A DNA stretch of 64,000 nucleotides from Glaucostegus cemiculus (lineage: Eukaryota). The first letter of the stretch is position 1, and each line of letters starts with the position of its first letter. The notes beneath the pieces are model-generated. The model did no database searches. It was not told the origin of the DNA and saw nothing but the letters and a program-made list of their open reading frames with translations. A program made the translations under genes and the position numbers. The stretch is from assembly GCA_976551045.1 (NCBI GenBank), contig CDPCPM010000052.1, positions 14,198,001 through 14,262,000 on the forward strand, in the 5' to 3' direction. This document shows positions 13,286 to 26,499 of the stretch, piece after piece.

Positions 13286-13887
13286 TTCTCTTGTGTCTCC
13301 ATTGTTTTACTTTGGACGTGTTTCTGTGCTTTTATTTGAAAATGTCATGAATGCTTTGAAAGGGAAAGACACTAACTTGCACACAGGTGGATTTGTTTCA
13401 CCAGATGAAACAAGCTCTCATTCTAATGCCTTTCACGACCTGATGACATCCCAAAGCACTTTCCAGACAATGACTTCCACTGGAAGTGCAATCTCTATCT
13501 GCAGCATTCCTATGCACAGTGCTGCAGACAAGTCATCTGGAATGGGTACATAAAAAATTGTACCATTGTGACCTGACCACCATATCTCCCATGAGAAACG
13601 TACTCAGTTCTCGTTTTAAATTGATGTTGTGTAGGTGAAGGTAAAGTGCAACCAGGCAATCCCTGATAATGGAGTAAAGATGCGTTACTGAGCCCAATGT
13701 GCCATCATATTTATGATTCACAGTGAAGCTTTTCTGCAGCTGAATAAATGATTAAGTAAAATGACATGGTGTTGGCAGGTGGATGTGCTATTTTGTCATT
13801 TTATGATCTATTCTGCCCCTCATGTGTCACACGCCTCAGTGGATGACAGCTCGTGAGAAGTGTCTAATGCACTCCCTTGTCTTACAG

Positions 13888-14001
13888 GTCATACCTTTCC
13901 CAATGTCTTGTGAACTTCATGGAGACTGTGCTTGCCGAGATCCCACAGCACAGGAGCATGGCAAAGCGAGACAGCAACGCTTCTATCACGGACACCATTA
14001 G
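13888..14001 (+). CDS. PAPPA: Pappalysin-1 terminal coding exon (phase 0): VIPFPMSCELHGDCACRDPTAQEHGKARQQRFYHGHH*
   Basis: Branch-like CTAAT at 13864, pyrimidine tract and TTACAG acceptor ending at 13887. Translation closely matches the recalled human PAPPA C-terminus VTPFPMSCDLQGDCACRDPQAQEHSRKDLRGYSHG. Tail-to-tail with ASTN2, as in mammals. Confidence 0.93.
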   Translation, partial: VIPFPMSCELHGDCACRDPTAQEHGKARQQRFYHGHH

Positions 14002-14082
14002 CCAGGAGAAACCGGGAACTGCTAACAGCTGAAGGCAGACTGGAAGAGCCACACATTCTTTGCTGCTTAACGGAGAAACATC

Positions 14083-14275
14083 NNNNNNNNNNNNNNNNNN
14101 NNNNNNNNNNNNNNNNNNNNNNNNNNNNNNNNNNNNNNNNNNNNNNNNNNNNNNNNNNNNNNNNNNNNNNNNNNNNNNNNNNNNNNNNNNNNNNNNNNNN
14201 NNNNNNNNNNNNNNNNNNNNNNNNNNNNNNNNNNNNNNNNNNNNNNNNNNNNNNNNNNNNNNNNNNNNNNNNNNN
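14083..14275. other. Assembly gap (193 N)
   Basis: Run of N in the sequence. Confidence 0.99.
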
Positions 14276-17200
14276 CTGTCTGAAGACTGGAGTGAGAGAA
14301 AAGAATAAAGACATGAACGACACATTGAATGAACAAACCCCAAAATAGCATGTTTTATGCCTGCTTGACTGGCCTCTCCTGGCCAATCCCTTGCCCTCAC
14401 CCACCTGACTCCCACAGTACCGTCTCCCCAATCTCTACTTTATAAGGGTTACAAACACAATACCACCACATCCAAAAAATAGAAAAGTTTTCGGCAAAGT
14501 GAGTAAAAAAAATAGTTCAAATACAACACAAAGATGATTATCCATAGAAAGATTAAAGAACAATTTACAGATGGAAAAGCAATTAATACACACTTCTGAA
14601 AGGAAACAGCTGTTACCATGGCTGTTGCTGCTGCCCGATAACCAGCCTACACACAGTGTAAGAGCAGGTTAACACCAAACCCAAACTTCAGTCTATCTGC
14701 CTTAAGCAAAACTTAAGCTTTGTTTTAAAACCCTTTGATTTCATCTCTTAATCTTTTAATTGAAAACAGATCCAGCCAAAAGAATGAGCCACATTTCAAG
14801 GGAATCAAATCTGCTTGCACTCATTCCAATTGCTCTTCCCAAGGAACCCAATTTCGATCCAGAGGAGATTCAGACCAGTGGAAGGTAACTTTAGGGGATT
14901 GGTGTGAGGATGTTAATGTCACTCCAAAGGTGATCAATGAGTGGAATAAACTTAAGGTGAAGAGAGACAAAAGCCCTTGAAGTGGCTTTATCTGTGTCAA
15001 GAGGGTGATTTATATCAGCAGTTGCTGAAACACTGGCCTTGCACTCCTAAGGACTACCTTGCAAAACCAGATCTGCAAAGGGCAGCATTCCATGAACAGA
15101 ACTGCTAGACACTAGTTTTTACCAATTGGCAATTCTAATTGTCATGAAATACGATTGTGTTGGTTAAATTTAAGAGAATTAAAATCTTAGTCTCTCAGCT
15201 ACTTGGATAAAACCTGAAAGGAACATGAATAAACAGACAAAACAAAAGTCACCTTTCAAAAAATGAATCTCGAAGCAAATCTTGGCAATAGCTTTAACAA
15301 TGCAGATAGAGTTACCATTGAAGAGGACGGCCTGGAGAATGATCACATAGGTTCTTGGTGCAGAATACATGGTGAGTTAGGCATAAAGAAGCTAGGCACT
15401 CGTTCAACCAGAACAGAGTACATACATTGAGCACCTTTAACTAGATCTGCAGCACACACTGTCTACGTTTGTGACTCAGTGCAGATCAGTGCAAGACTAT
15501 ATACTCTGTGGGGGAAAAAGAAGCAGCAGAAAGAATGGTACTCATTGGTTAGCATCAAATATAACTACTGCCATAAATATATCACATAGCTTTGCAGGCA
15601 GTTAAGGAATTGAATCCAAACTGTATAGAGAAAGATAACACTGCTAGCTTACTGAAAGAATTTGCTAAATTCTGTTCTACTAGCTTCCGAAAACCCTGAA
15701 AAGTAAAACTCTTTTTGAAGTGTCTCTGTTGAATTGCCATCAGCTTCTAAATTGCATTCCTTGAAGTAAATGTAAGAGGTAAACTTCCATTCAGTTGGGC
15801 CAGAGAATGTTGTTTAAAAAAGAAACTGCATAATCATTCTATTGAGAAAGGAACAGAAGTTTGGAAATATAATTATAGAAGTCACTGCTATAAATGCTCA
15901 CTGGAACATGATGAATCCCCATTTCCACACACTCAGTGCGTAGAAGCTTTCACAGGGCAGAGGTCAGAATATCAGTGTTGCATGTTTGTAGTTTTACTTC
16001 CAATCTACAATTGTTTATGGCATAGTTTACCTTGGGGCCATTGGCTGGATGATTTCATCCAACTATCTCTGTAAGTTTCATTCAGCACAATGTTTCCAAT
16101 GGGAGATGAACAAGAATAAGTCAAAATATCAGGAGGGAGCATCAAAAGTAGATATTTTCTTGCATTTACAGTTGGGCTACTCCTGATATTTGTCTGGAAT
16201 ATATTTGCTTGTTTAACAGAGGCATTAACCTATTGAATTAAAAATAACTGCAGTGGACAAGTACACAAGTTTGCCAAATATTATCTATTATAAATAACAG
16301 TAATTTATAGTCTTTTAACACCAACAGTCAGAACACTTTGGTCTAACTTCACAGTGGAAAGATAAAGTATCCTGCAATTGAAGTCAATAATTCTCAGTAA
16401 TATTGGTTAACACCTTCTTCAGCTTACACATGGAGAATTGCCATCAGCTTATAAGGTCCTGCCAAGTTATCCCCCAGGATAGGTTTCCTGATGCAAAGTG
16501 CACCGTCCAATAATTTGCAGGGTGACACCAACATCCATTGTAAATTTAGTGGAGCTGGAATATCTGGTTAACAATAATCAGGTGGCACATACAAATAAAG
16601 ATCCCAACAGTATAAATAAAATGATACTACATTGGAAAAAAATGTGAATATCAATTTACAAATTCTCCACAAATTCATGTAAAATTACTTAATCATTCCC
16701 ATTGCAAAGTTGTTAATGTCTTTAAGTAGGTTAGTGCCTTGGTTAAAAGAATGAACAGCAATCTGAGACAAATATGTACCAACATTTGTGCAGTGATATT
16801 TGTGATGTACCTCCATAGCTGATGCTGTAGTCATAATAATATAATGTTAAGGTGAGGATGTATACACTAAAAGGAGAGAATCATGGGAGAAGGATGCACA
16901 TTTTGATTTTCATATCTATCACATGCATGACTTCAGTGATAAGACAAACTTTTGCTTCAGCTTAATTTTTAAAACAGAGAGCAAAGCGCAAAATCTGAAG
17001 CAGTACCACATGCAAACGTCCAAGTTTCTGTAAGTATAACTCTAAATTTTCCAATAGACAGTATTTCCTCACAAACCGGTTGGTCAGGACCGAAGTGGCT
17101 CATACTTCTGGCTGGCTGAGGTGTGTCAAAAAGTGGAACATGCCAATTTCAAAGGGAATTTAAAACAAGCCAAGCTACCTCCCATCTCTCTTCCATTTTG

Positions 17201-19624
17201 CCTGGTTGTAACTGTCGGTTCTTATCGGTTTTACCTGTGTTGTTTAAAAAAAAGATTTCATGCTGCAAACTCCTGACAGACGAGGTTGTGCAAACTGCAT
17301 GAACCGAGATTGAGAAGAGAAAAATGAAATCTACCACAACATTAGGGATTAGACAAAAAAAACATAGTTCTCCATAGGATTTTGGTGTAGTCACGTCGTA
17401 ATGTCTTGTCGACTTTTGTGCATAGTATTAGCTCCAGATAGAAGAAAAAGGAACAACTTTTTGACATTTAATTGTTTAAGTGTTTAAAGTGTTTATTTGT
17501 ACTTTTGTTATAAACTTTTGCTTAATTGTATTTAATCAGTATTTTTATTGTGCTCAGTAACTGCATTTGGATTTTCTGTACAGTCATTTAAAAAAAGTCT
17601 ACATCAATGTTTGTTTTCAAAAAGCTGCTAAGGTCAGACAGGTTTTTTTTGTATCTGATTCTATTTTAAAATTTTAATTTTTGTTTCCTGAGGCTTTGCA
17701 TATATAATATCTCGTGCATTTAAACATTTTTTTAAGAGGTGATTAGTTTAGCTATGATAGCAGCCATTAACAAGGGACAATCGGATGCAGGAAGAACAGA
17801 TGGAAGAAATTTCAGAAAGGTTGGTGTCAGAAGAGTTAATTCTTAAACTTCCATTCAAGCATTTTGTATGACGGTGAGGTTTGTTGGGAAGCCCCTTGGC
17901 TTTTGCTAATTAATCACAAATATTTTGTTTTATATAATCAACAAAATTGTATTAAGATGATAGTTAATCAATATTTGCTTTTTCTTTTGTTGTTATTTAA
18001 CAGCATACAGAAATATTGCTGCTTTTAACAATGAAATATTTCAGTAATGGGAGGCAGATAAATTCAGTCTAAATACCGAATACTGATAACTGATTTAAAT
18101 ACCAAGTCACATTTGCTGGTGGGATGCTGGTTATTTTCTCTCAAGTAAACTGGTCACGATAACATGCTTTAAAACACTCTCCCCCACAACCAATCATTAT
18201 GAACAGAAGTTAAACTTATTTGCAAAATTCCCACATAATCTGTTGAGGCATTTTTATTTTCCAGAAGAGTACATGAAGTCTTGGTTTCTGATTGATCATT
18301 TACCTGTCTGCATAATACAAGTTAAGCTGTGATTTCTTTGAGAGAGGAAATATTTTCATATGGTAACTGCCATTGTGAAAAACCTGGTATTTATTAGTCA
18401 TACTAGTTACTTGTTGGGCACCTTATGGAAGTCATGAAAACAATAATCAAATGAAGTGCTGAAAAACGTTATAAATGTAACAGTCTACTGTAATATCATA
18501 TCTTTTGCTGTACCTCATGCCTGTAAACTAGCTGCTTTTAATTTTTAGTTTAATTTAAATTTCCTAGCAATATATAAAGATGTAAATAGTAGAGTTATTT
18601 ATTAAGAATGTCATCCATTTTTAATTTATATTTACACTTTATCATCTAAATTATTTTTACAACTTTACAATTCCGTTGTTACAGCCATTTTATTACCTTA
18701 ATGGTATGAGAGGATATGAAATCTACATGAGACATGCACTGTGCTCTTGTAGCTCTCTCATTCTGAAGTACAGGACATTGAACCACAAATGAATTTAGTA
18801 TAACACATGCATCTGTGAAATGATTACCCTTGCCATTGCTGTGACTGTCCTTTGGAGTATAACCTCCATACATCTCTGGAAGTGGATCTGGATCAGTCAA
18901 TGACCAAATATCAACAGTGTTTCATTAACAAGTGTATAAGATAATACCACTGGAAGGGTGACCTGAATTAAAGTTCCATGGGTGGGGTGAGTTCAAATAC
19001 AAACCTCAAATATTGATGTTGTGCAGATTTTGCTCATGGCACTTACCACATACACTGGGCCATGTTTTTCCTTGATACGATAAATCTTCCATGACCGTAT
19101 TTGCCAAATTTTAAATCTTCCATAATTCAACAATAATCTGTATGAAATCAAGGCTTTGTCACTGTATTGGTGTGCTAATCTGCCTGTTAAAATCTAGCAG
19201 TTAAATTGCACTTACCAAAACAACCATTCAGCACTGACATCATAATGCCTCTCACCCCCTGGGTTCACATGATGAACTTCCTCCTGACCTCTATCCAAAG
19301 TGTCCAACACTTCATCCCGGATTCTAAGATGAAGGATGATTCATCCTTGATTGGTCGCAGTATACAATAGTCACAGCATGTTTTGCGCTGCCTCTTAAAA
19401 ATTCAGTTCCACTGGAGAGTTCAATCATCATCAACCAGAGATGAATTTCCAGGCAAAAGTGTTTTTCTGTTGGTCTTCATTTCAGTGAAGCAAATGTGCT
19501 TTGAGCTATTAAAGAAGTCCAAATCAATCTCAAAATTGTCTATCTTTCAGGAACAATGTAAGAAAACTAATTCTTTGAATACATTGATGTTCCTGTTGTG
19601 GATAACATCATCTTTAATAATTTG

Positions 19625-20050
19625 TAGCCTGTTCTCAGTTTCCATAAGAACATAAAGCAGAAGTGAGAGAAGATGACATATCCCTCTGAACCAGCTCCCC
19701 AATTCAAGATTATCTCCTTCCTTAGCTTCAGGTTCCCACCTGAAATCCAGATTCTTTGATTTCCTACAATTCCTAAGAATTATATTAATCTCAGCTTTAA
19801 ATATAATGAACAACTGAGCATCCAAGGCCTTTTGATGACTCACAACACTCTGCAATAATAATTTCCTCTTTACCAATGTCTGAAATGTCCAATACTTTAT
19901 CCCAAGATACCTTATCCTCGACACAGCAGCCAATGAAAACAGTTTCCCATCACTCACATTGTTAAGTCTGTTCAGAATCTTCTTTTATAAGTTCCAACAA
20001 GATCACCTCTCATTCTTCAGAACTTCAGACATTAGCGAGCCAATCTATTC
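19625..20050 (-). mobile_element. CR1 3' end, antisense within the putative PAPPA 3'UTR
   Basis: CATAAGAACATAA tail and typical antisense CR1 3' ORF sequence. Confidence 0.7.
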
Positions 20051-20632
20051 AATCACTATAGAATCTCTCTGAGTTATTTCACATTTACTGACTTACACTA
20101 CATTCATGCACAGCAATGGCAAAGTGAATCAAAAGAGCTTTCTTGTGAATGCTTTAAAAGAGATAGTAACTTTTTCATCTGTTGTATGTAGTCACTGGTC
20201 CTGACAAACCAAAATTTAGCTGCTTTACTCCAGCATCAATCCAGATGCAAGAAACCATTGTCAGGTCAAGTGATCAGCAGCCAGCATTGAAACACAAGGA
20301 GCTGTTTTAGTACAACTGGTGGTTAGAACAAGTGTCATCAGTTTTTCAGTGGATCAGAGTTGACCATTGGCACTGTACTTTAATACCATTATGGTGTTCA
20401 GAAAGCACTGGTTAATTAGTGGAATCCATTCCACTGTCCCATACTCACAATGCACTGTGTTGGGCACTTACCACAGACATTTTTTTTGTTCTTTTGTACC
20501 GCTGCATATATTATGTTGGTGCTCTGACTTTACACAACAAACATCTGTCTGGTGTACTGTATATTTGTTTCTCTGGAAATAATTATTTCTTATGGATAAA
20601 TAATGTCTCCTCCCTGTTATGTATTGGTTAGA

Positions 20633-20638
20633 AATAAA
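20633..20638 (+). terminator. Candidate PAPPA polyadenylation signal AATAAA
   Basis: AATAAA with UGUA motifs upstream and a TTTGTTTTTTTTTTTG tract at about 20688-20703. Confidence 0.5.
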
Positions 20639-21127
20639 CACTGGCTAAATGAAGGAAAATGAAGGTGTGCCTTACCTCATTTATAAATTTGTTTTTTTTT
20701 TTGCAATCAGTGTCTGTTTATTGGACATGCATCTGTCATTACTGCTTTCAACTGATAGGTCCATTACTCAAAACAAGCTGTTTTCATCAAAGTAGACATG
20801 CCAATTTAGAGGTGAACAAGTGCCATGGTCTCTGCTTGGTTTGATCAAATTCTGTCACACCCATCAAATTTGGAGCCAAACAAAAAAAAAAGCAAAGATG
20901 CTCTTCCAAATTATGCTAAAGGGAAAGCTATGTAATGTATAGTCTACTTATCTATATAATTAGAAGTCTCCCGCCTCGTTGGCTGATTTGCTTCATAGAT
21001 TCAGAGGTATCCCAATTCAGAAGAACCATGCCTCCCTCATAACACCACTACAAAACAAACCAGTGCATTTCACCGAAATGATAGGCATTTGGAAGATATA
21101 AGCAGCGGGAAAATAGAGTTGAAAATT

Positions 21128-21298
21128 AAAAAGAACTGCAAATGTTGGAAATCTGAAATATAAACAGAAAATGTTGGAAATATTCAGCAAATCAGACAGC
21201 ATCCATTGAAGGATTCACAACTGTAAACGTTAACCGTTTCTCTTTCCATGGATGTTGCCTGAGCTGCTGAGTGTTTTCAGCATTTTCTGTCTTTATTG
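21128..21298. repeat. Palindromic Penelope-derived repeat, degenerate core
   Basis: Arms ACAGAAAATGTTGGAAATATTCAGCA and TGCTGAGTGTTTTCAGCATTTTCTGT. Confidence 0.75.
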
Positions 21299-21469
21299 AG
21301 GAAAATTTTCTCCATTTTGTTCTGTTCACAAAGCTGCAGGAACCACAAAAACAGGTAATTAGTTAAACTAATTTTTTTGCATGGTATTTTCCCCCCAGTT
21401 TCTTTATTTCATCCAGCTGAATGTCAATAATGAAGAGCAACAATGGGACATAAAAATAACTAACACATT

Positions 21470-21744
21470 TAGTGTAACGCTTTACAGCACCAGCAAACGG
21501 GGTTCAAATCCGGCCACTGCCTGTAAGGAGTTTGTACATTCTCCCCGTGTCTGTGTGGGTTTCCTCCAGGTGCTCCAGTTTCCTCCTACATTCCAAAGAC
21601 GTACAGGTTAGGAAAGTTGTGGGCATGCTATGTTGGCACCAGAAATGTGGCGACACTTGCGGGCTGCCCCTAGAACACTCTACATAAAAAGATGCATTTC
21701 ACTGTGTACTTTGATGCAAATGTGACTGATAAAGTTATCTCTTA
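21470..21744 (+). mobile_element. tRNA-derived V-type SINE with alternative (ATCTT)n tail
   Basis: Same head and core as the poly(A) SINEs; 3' part GGGCTGCCCC..GATGCATTTCACTGTGT..GTGACTGATAAAG. Confidence 0.85.
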
Positions 21745-22449
21745 TACTATTCTGTGGGAAAGAAATCAATAAACTGAGGCTTAAAAATGTTCCTTGTGAA
21801 ACAACGATAAGATTATACCATTTGCAAAGATTTTATCTTGAGCCTAGGCTTTCACTACTGGGATTTTCAGCCTCTGTGATAGAGTGCATACTTGCAGATA
21901 ATTGTAGAATTTTCCTAGTTCACAAGAAACTGCAAAACTAATAGTGCATCATATCAGCCAGTGTCACATGGCTACCCTGGCTGACAACAGGAACATCCCG
22001 GCAAGGACTGGGACATCCCTGTTCCTGTTCCCGTGACTTGGTTGTGATAGGAATTGCATTGTTCATCTTGTCCTGGTAGAACTGCCAATGTCCAGAATAT
22101 ACATCAACAATGCTTGCTGAAAACAATTTTAAAGTAAAAGCATTATTTGTCTCAGGTGATTAATGCAGCTTATTCTGTAAGATTTATAATAACATAATGA
22201 CATGGTTTGCCTATGACCTGGGCTTATGTGGGAGCATTATGGGTTCCCAGTTTAGATAGTGACACCTGGAGTAAGTCACTCAATCTGAGCCCATGGCCAT
22301 GTGGCAATTTTTTGATGCCTTCATTGGCAGGTACCAAGAGAAAGGGTATTCATCATCATCATTAACTTGTAATCTGAACTACATCACTTTTGGCCAGTTC
22401 CACTTCAATTTAAAGATCTCCTTTCCGATCTGTAAACCTTTCAATAGTT

Positions 22450-22810
22450 TCTCCCCTCTGAACCTGCAACCCCGCTCAGCTTCTCCACATCCCTTCCATG
22501 AGTCATTGGCACAAATGCCAACCTCAGCCTGAAGCAGCAATTGAATTTCAGGAGTGGCACAATCTAACCTGGAAATGGACACAACTGCATTTCACTGTGG
22601 GTAAAATCAATCTCCCTTCATGCAGCACTGAAAACAAAACATGCAACATGAGTGGACTGCCAAACAAACGTGACCCCATGTGGACTACCATGCGGTTGAC
22701 CATTAAAAGGGCTAGCAGACCACTGTGTTCAAAGATGAGGAGGGTTAGGTAATAAGTGTTGGCCCAGCCAGCAACATCCATGCCCAGCACACATTGAATT
22801 AAAAGAAGAA
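22450..22810 (+). mobile_element. Old CR1-clade 3' end (GGCCCAGCCAGCAACATCCATGCCC..GAATTAAAA type)
   Basis: Similar tails in reverse orientation at 42970-43260 and 49310-49610. Confidence 0.55.
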
Positions 22811-23389
22811 CACTGTAAAATCACTTTAGCTGCATCTTTAAACACTTGATCGTCTCAGGATTCAAACCCTGGAGACAAACCTATAAAGCTATGCCCACAG
22901 CTTCCCTGTTATCCCTTCACTTCTTATAGGGAGGTCACTAATGCAGAATTACAAATCACTCATTCTAATGCAGACTGGGCAAAGGTGACCAAACTTCCTG
23001 AATTGGAACTACCTTATAAGTGCCAATGAAGTAAAGATTTTTCTGGTATCTGCAACAAAACATTCATTCCACATCATAAAGAAAACAGGTTCATATTGCA
23101 ATATTAAATTAGAATATAAAACTGATCCATTGGATTAAATAGTAGTGTACTTTAAGCGGATTGATGTCATTGGTCAGGTGACTCAGAACTCCATCAATCC
23201 AGGCATGAACTGGAACTGAAAGCTCCTCACCACTACTGTTGAAGAACAGTCTCATTGGGTTTAGGAGAACGTTCATCTTAGTTCTTGCTGTCGTTGTTAC
23301 TTAAAGGGGCACTCATCAGGAGACCTGACCAGGCAGCCTTAGAACTAACTGCAAACTGTTTAAGCACCTTCCACTGCACATGCTACAAT

Positions 23390-25315
23390 AACAGCACTCT
23401 GGAAGATCTCGGCATGTCAAGCAGTTTCTGTGGAGGCAAAAGGTGTAAGTCAATGATATGGGTCAGGACTCTGCATCAGGACTTGGAAGAGGAAAGACTG
23501 TCAGTATGGGGTGGGACAGAGCTGACAGGTGACAGTGGAACCAGATGGGGAGGGGATAATGCACAGATGGAACTAGATGGTGGGAGGGCGTGAAAGAGGT
23601 GAATAAAGGCAGAGGAAAACTAGCAGGAATGGTGAGAATGTGTTAGAGGAGAACAATGAGGGGGAGGGTTCCCTGAAAGTGGAAAATTCAGTGTTCATAC
23701 CATTAGGCTGTAAACTACCTGAGCAGAATTTGAGATGTTCCTCCAATTTACATTTGGCATCTCCGTGCCAGGGACAGTCTGGGAGTGGTAAGGAGAGTTA
23801 AAATGACATACAACTGGAAGTTCAAGAAATCCATCATGGACAGAGCATGGGTGCTCCACAAAACAATTGCCTTGCTGACGCTTGGCTTCACCAATGTGGA
23901 GGAGGCCACGTCGTGAGCACTCAATTCAATAGACCAGGTTAGAGGAAGTCGGCTGAATCTCTGCCTCACCTGGAAGGGTTGTTTTGGTCCCTGGTTGACG
24001 GTGAGGGGGAGGTGAAGGGACAGGTATCACACCTCCTATGGTTACTGGGGAAAGTGCTGGGGACAAGGACGGGTGGGTGGAGAGGGAAAAGCAGACCATG
24101 CAAGTCACAAAGAGAGTGGTCCCTGCAGAAGGCTGAAGGTGGGGAAGATGTAATTGGAGGTGGGATAATGTTGGAATTGACAGAAGTGGCAGAGGACGTT
24201 GGACATGGAGGCTTATGAGGCGAGAGGTGAGGACCAGGGGAACGCTATTGCTTTTCTGTTTGGGGAGAAGGGAGGTGAGAGCAGGTGTGCAGGAAATGGA
24301 AGAAATGCTAGTGAGGGCTGCAGCAGAGGGTGAACCACATTTCCAGAAGAAGGAGAACATTTCAGAAGCTTTGGAGCAGAAGGCTTCATCTTGAGATCAG
24401 ATGTGGTGAAGATGAAGAAACTGAGACAAAGGGTTTGCATCCTTGCAGGAGGCAGAGTGGGAGGATGTACAGTTGAGGTAGCGGTGGGCATCAGTGTGTT
24501 TGTGGAAGATGTCAATGGCAAGTCTGTCCCCTGAAGTGGAGACACAGAGATCCAGAAAAGGAAGAGAAGTATCAGAGATGGTCCAGGTGAATTTGAGGTT
24601 GGGGTGGAAGTTGGCGGCAAAGGTGATGAAATGAACAAGTTCTGCACGAGTGCAGGAAGCGGCCCCAATGCGCTTGTTGGTGTAGTGGAGAAAGATTTGG
24701 GGTGGGTGAGGTGCCACAATAAGTTTGGAACAAGGACTGTTTCATGTAGCCAACAAAAGGCCAGGCATAGCTAAGGTCCAATGTGAATGCCCATGGCGAC
24801 CCCCTTTGATCTGCAGAAAGTGGGAGCAATTGAGAAGTTATTGACGGTAAGGGCAAGTTCTGCCAAATGGATGAGATTGCCAGCAGAGGGGAATTGTCTG
24901 GATCTTTGTTCAAGAGAGAAACAGAGGGCCTGAAGAACATCCTGATGTGGGGTGGAGGTACATGGAGACTGGACATCCATGGTCAGGACAAGTGGTTGGG
25001 ACCAGGGAATTGGAAATTACTGAAATGGTGAAGAGCATGAGAAGTGTCCCAGATATAAATGGGAAAAGACTGGAGGAAGGGAGACAGGATAGAGTCAAGG
25101 AAAGAAGAAATGAGTTCAGAGGGGCAAGAACAGGCAGAAACACTGAGGCTACCAGGGCAGTCCTGTTTACTGATCACAGGTAAGAGATAGAAGCAGGCAG
25201 TGCAGGGTTGGGGCACAATCAGGTTGGGGGCTGTGGAGGGGAGATCTCCTATTGTGATGAGATCTGCAACAGTTGAAGTGACGATGTCTTGGTGTTCATT
25301 ACAGTGTTGCAACAA
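23390..25315 (-). mobile_element. Penelope-like retroelement, 5'-truncated and frameshifted (RT + GIY-YIG endonuclease)
   Basis: ORF fragments KGVAMGIHIGP, FHPNLKFTWTISDTSLPFLDL and SSHSASCKDANPLSQFL (RT/thumb), and TSSNLVY... (GIY-YIG region). Hammerhead-like motif at the 3' end (23448-23483). Confidence 0.9.
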
Positions 25316-25429
25316 GTGTTTTTTTCCCCAGCGTTTAGCTGCTGTACAACTCATTCGCTGTGACAGTGCGGGCAACATTCTTTAACTGCAGACTTCAGGA
25401 CAGGACTTTCAAGGAGGATCAGGAGCATT

Positions 25430-26010
25430 GCGGCAAGAAGCAAAAAAGTGCCAACCTGTGAAGAGTCTGCTTCCAGACACCACATCCTATGAGAACCTAT
25501 CAGGTGACCAAGAAATTCACAGGATCAGGTTGCCAATATGTGTCTTCATGGAGATATGTGGCATTCTGCAGGAAAACCTTCAATAATGATCTCAGTGGGG
25601 CTCAAAGTGATGGTAACTCTCAACTTTCTGGCCATTAGATTATTCCAGGCCACAAGAGCAGATCCATACCATGCTTGCAATTTTCTGCTTGCTGCAGCAT
25701 CAGGGAAACAATCGAGTCTTGTATAGTAATGATTCATCTCTGATGGTTTTAGTGAGAAGGTAACTTCACTGGCTTCCTGTGAGTGTGGCAGTCATGTCCC
25801 CACAAGAGCCATGAGTTAAGATCCCATGAGTGGGAACAAGGGAGCAGAATGATGTAGGCTACCAAGTGGATGTCTCTGCCCAACATTCTCAGCCTCATCT
25901 CCCAGCTGAGCAGGAGATAAGGACTCCCTCATAGGGAGAGACACTTCTCTTTTGGACGATGAAGAATCACAGTCCCCAATACAAACCAATGACCTTCTCC
26001 ACTTACTAAT
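25430..26010 (+). mobile_element. Degenerate PIF/Harbinger (HARBI1-like) transposase
   Basis: SYENLSGDQEIHRIRLPICVFMEICGILQENL and ISVGLKVMVTLNFLAIRLFQATRAD resemble LPVAVKVTAALNFYASGSFQ; later AGDKD resembles the LGDKGYP motif. Confidence 0.7.
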
Positions 26011-26499
26011 TTTACCATCAAGACAGTATAATTGGCTGAGAGAGATTGGGCAATGCATGATAATCATTACGTATTGTAAGAGCAGACCATGCTTAAAAGA
26101 AGAATCCTGTTATAGAAACCAACACAGTGGTGCAGCGAGTAAAGCTGCTGCCTCGCAGCTCCAGAAGCCCTGGTTCAATACGGACCTCTGCCGCTGTAAT
26201 GCGGACTATATTTGCTGAAGTAGGAGAGCGATTGGTCATAAGGAGCACGTCTCTGCACATTCAGGGAAGCAGTCTGTCAACAGACAGTATCAATCGTTGG
26301 TGAGCAGGCAACTGCTCTGAGTCAGCTGCTGTTCTCTTGAGGTGGGGGCGGGAGGAGGTGGGGGCATCCTCTCATAACCAGGAAAGACATAACAGAAGAC
26401 ACCTGCACTTGCAAACAGTGCAATTGGTAATTGGTTTATTGTTGTCACACATATCGAAATACAGTGAAAAGCTTTTGTTTGCAATAGTACCATAATGGT

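Larger units (their letters stand above)
1..13887 (+). other. PAPPA: 3' part of the last PAPPA intron
   Basis: Lies upstream of the terminal-exon acceptor; no intact LNR3 exon ([25 protein letters not shown] type) found in the interval. Confidence 0.75.
14002..20660 (+). other. PAPPA: Putative long PAPPA 3'UTR (about 6.6 kb)
   Basis: Transposon-poor, with AU/U-rich blocks at 17400-18700 and 20350-20640. Ends at an AATAAA with a U/GU-rich tract downstream. Mammalian PAPPA has a multi-kb 3'UTR. The end point is inferred. Confidence 0.55.

Noticed and set aside
13882-14431. Several long ORFs overlapping the PAPPA exon
   Set aside because: They are open only because of the N gap, or are shadow frames of the real exon.
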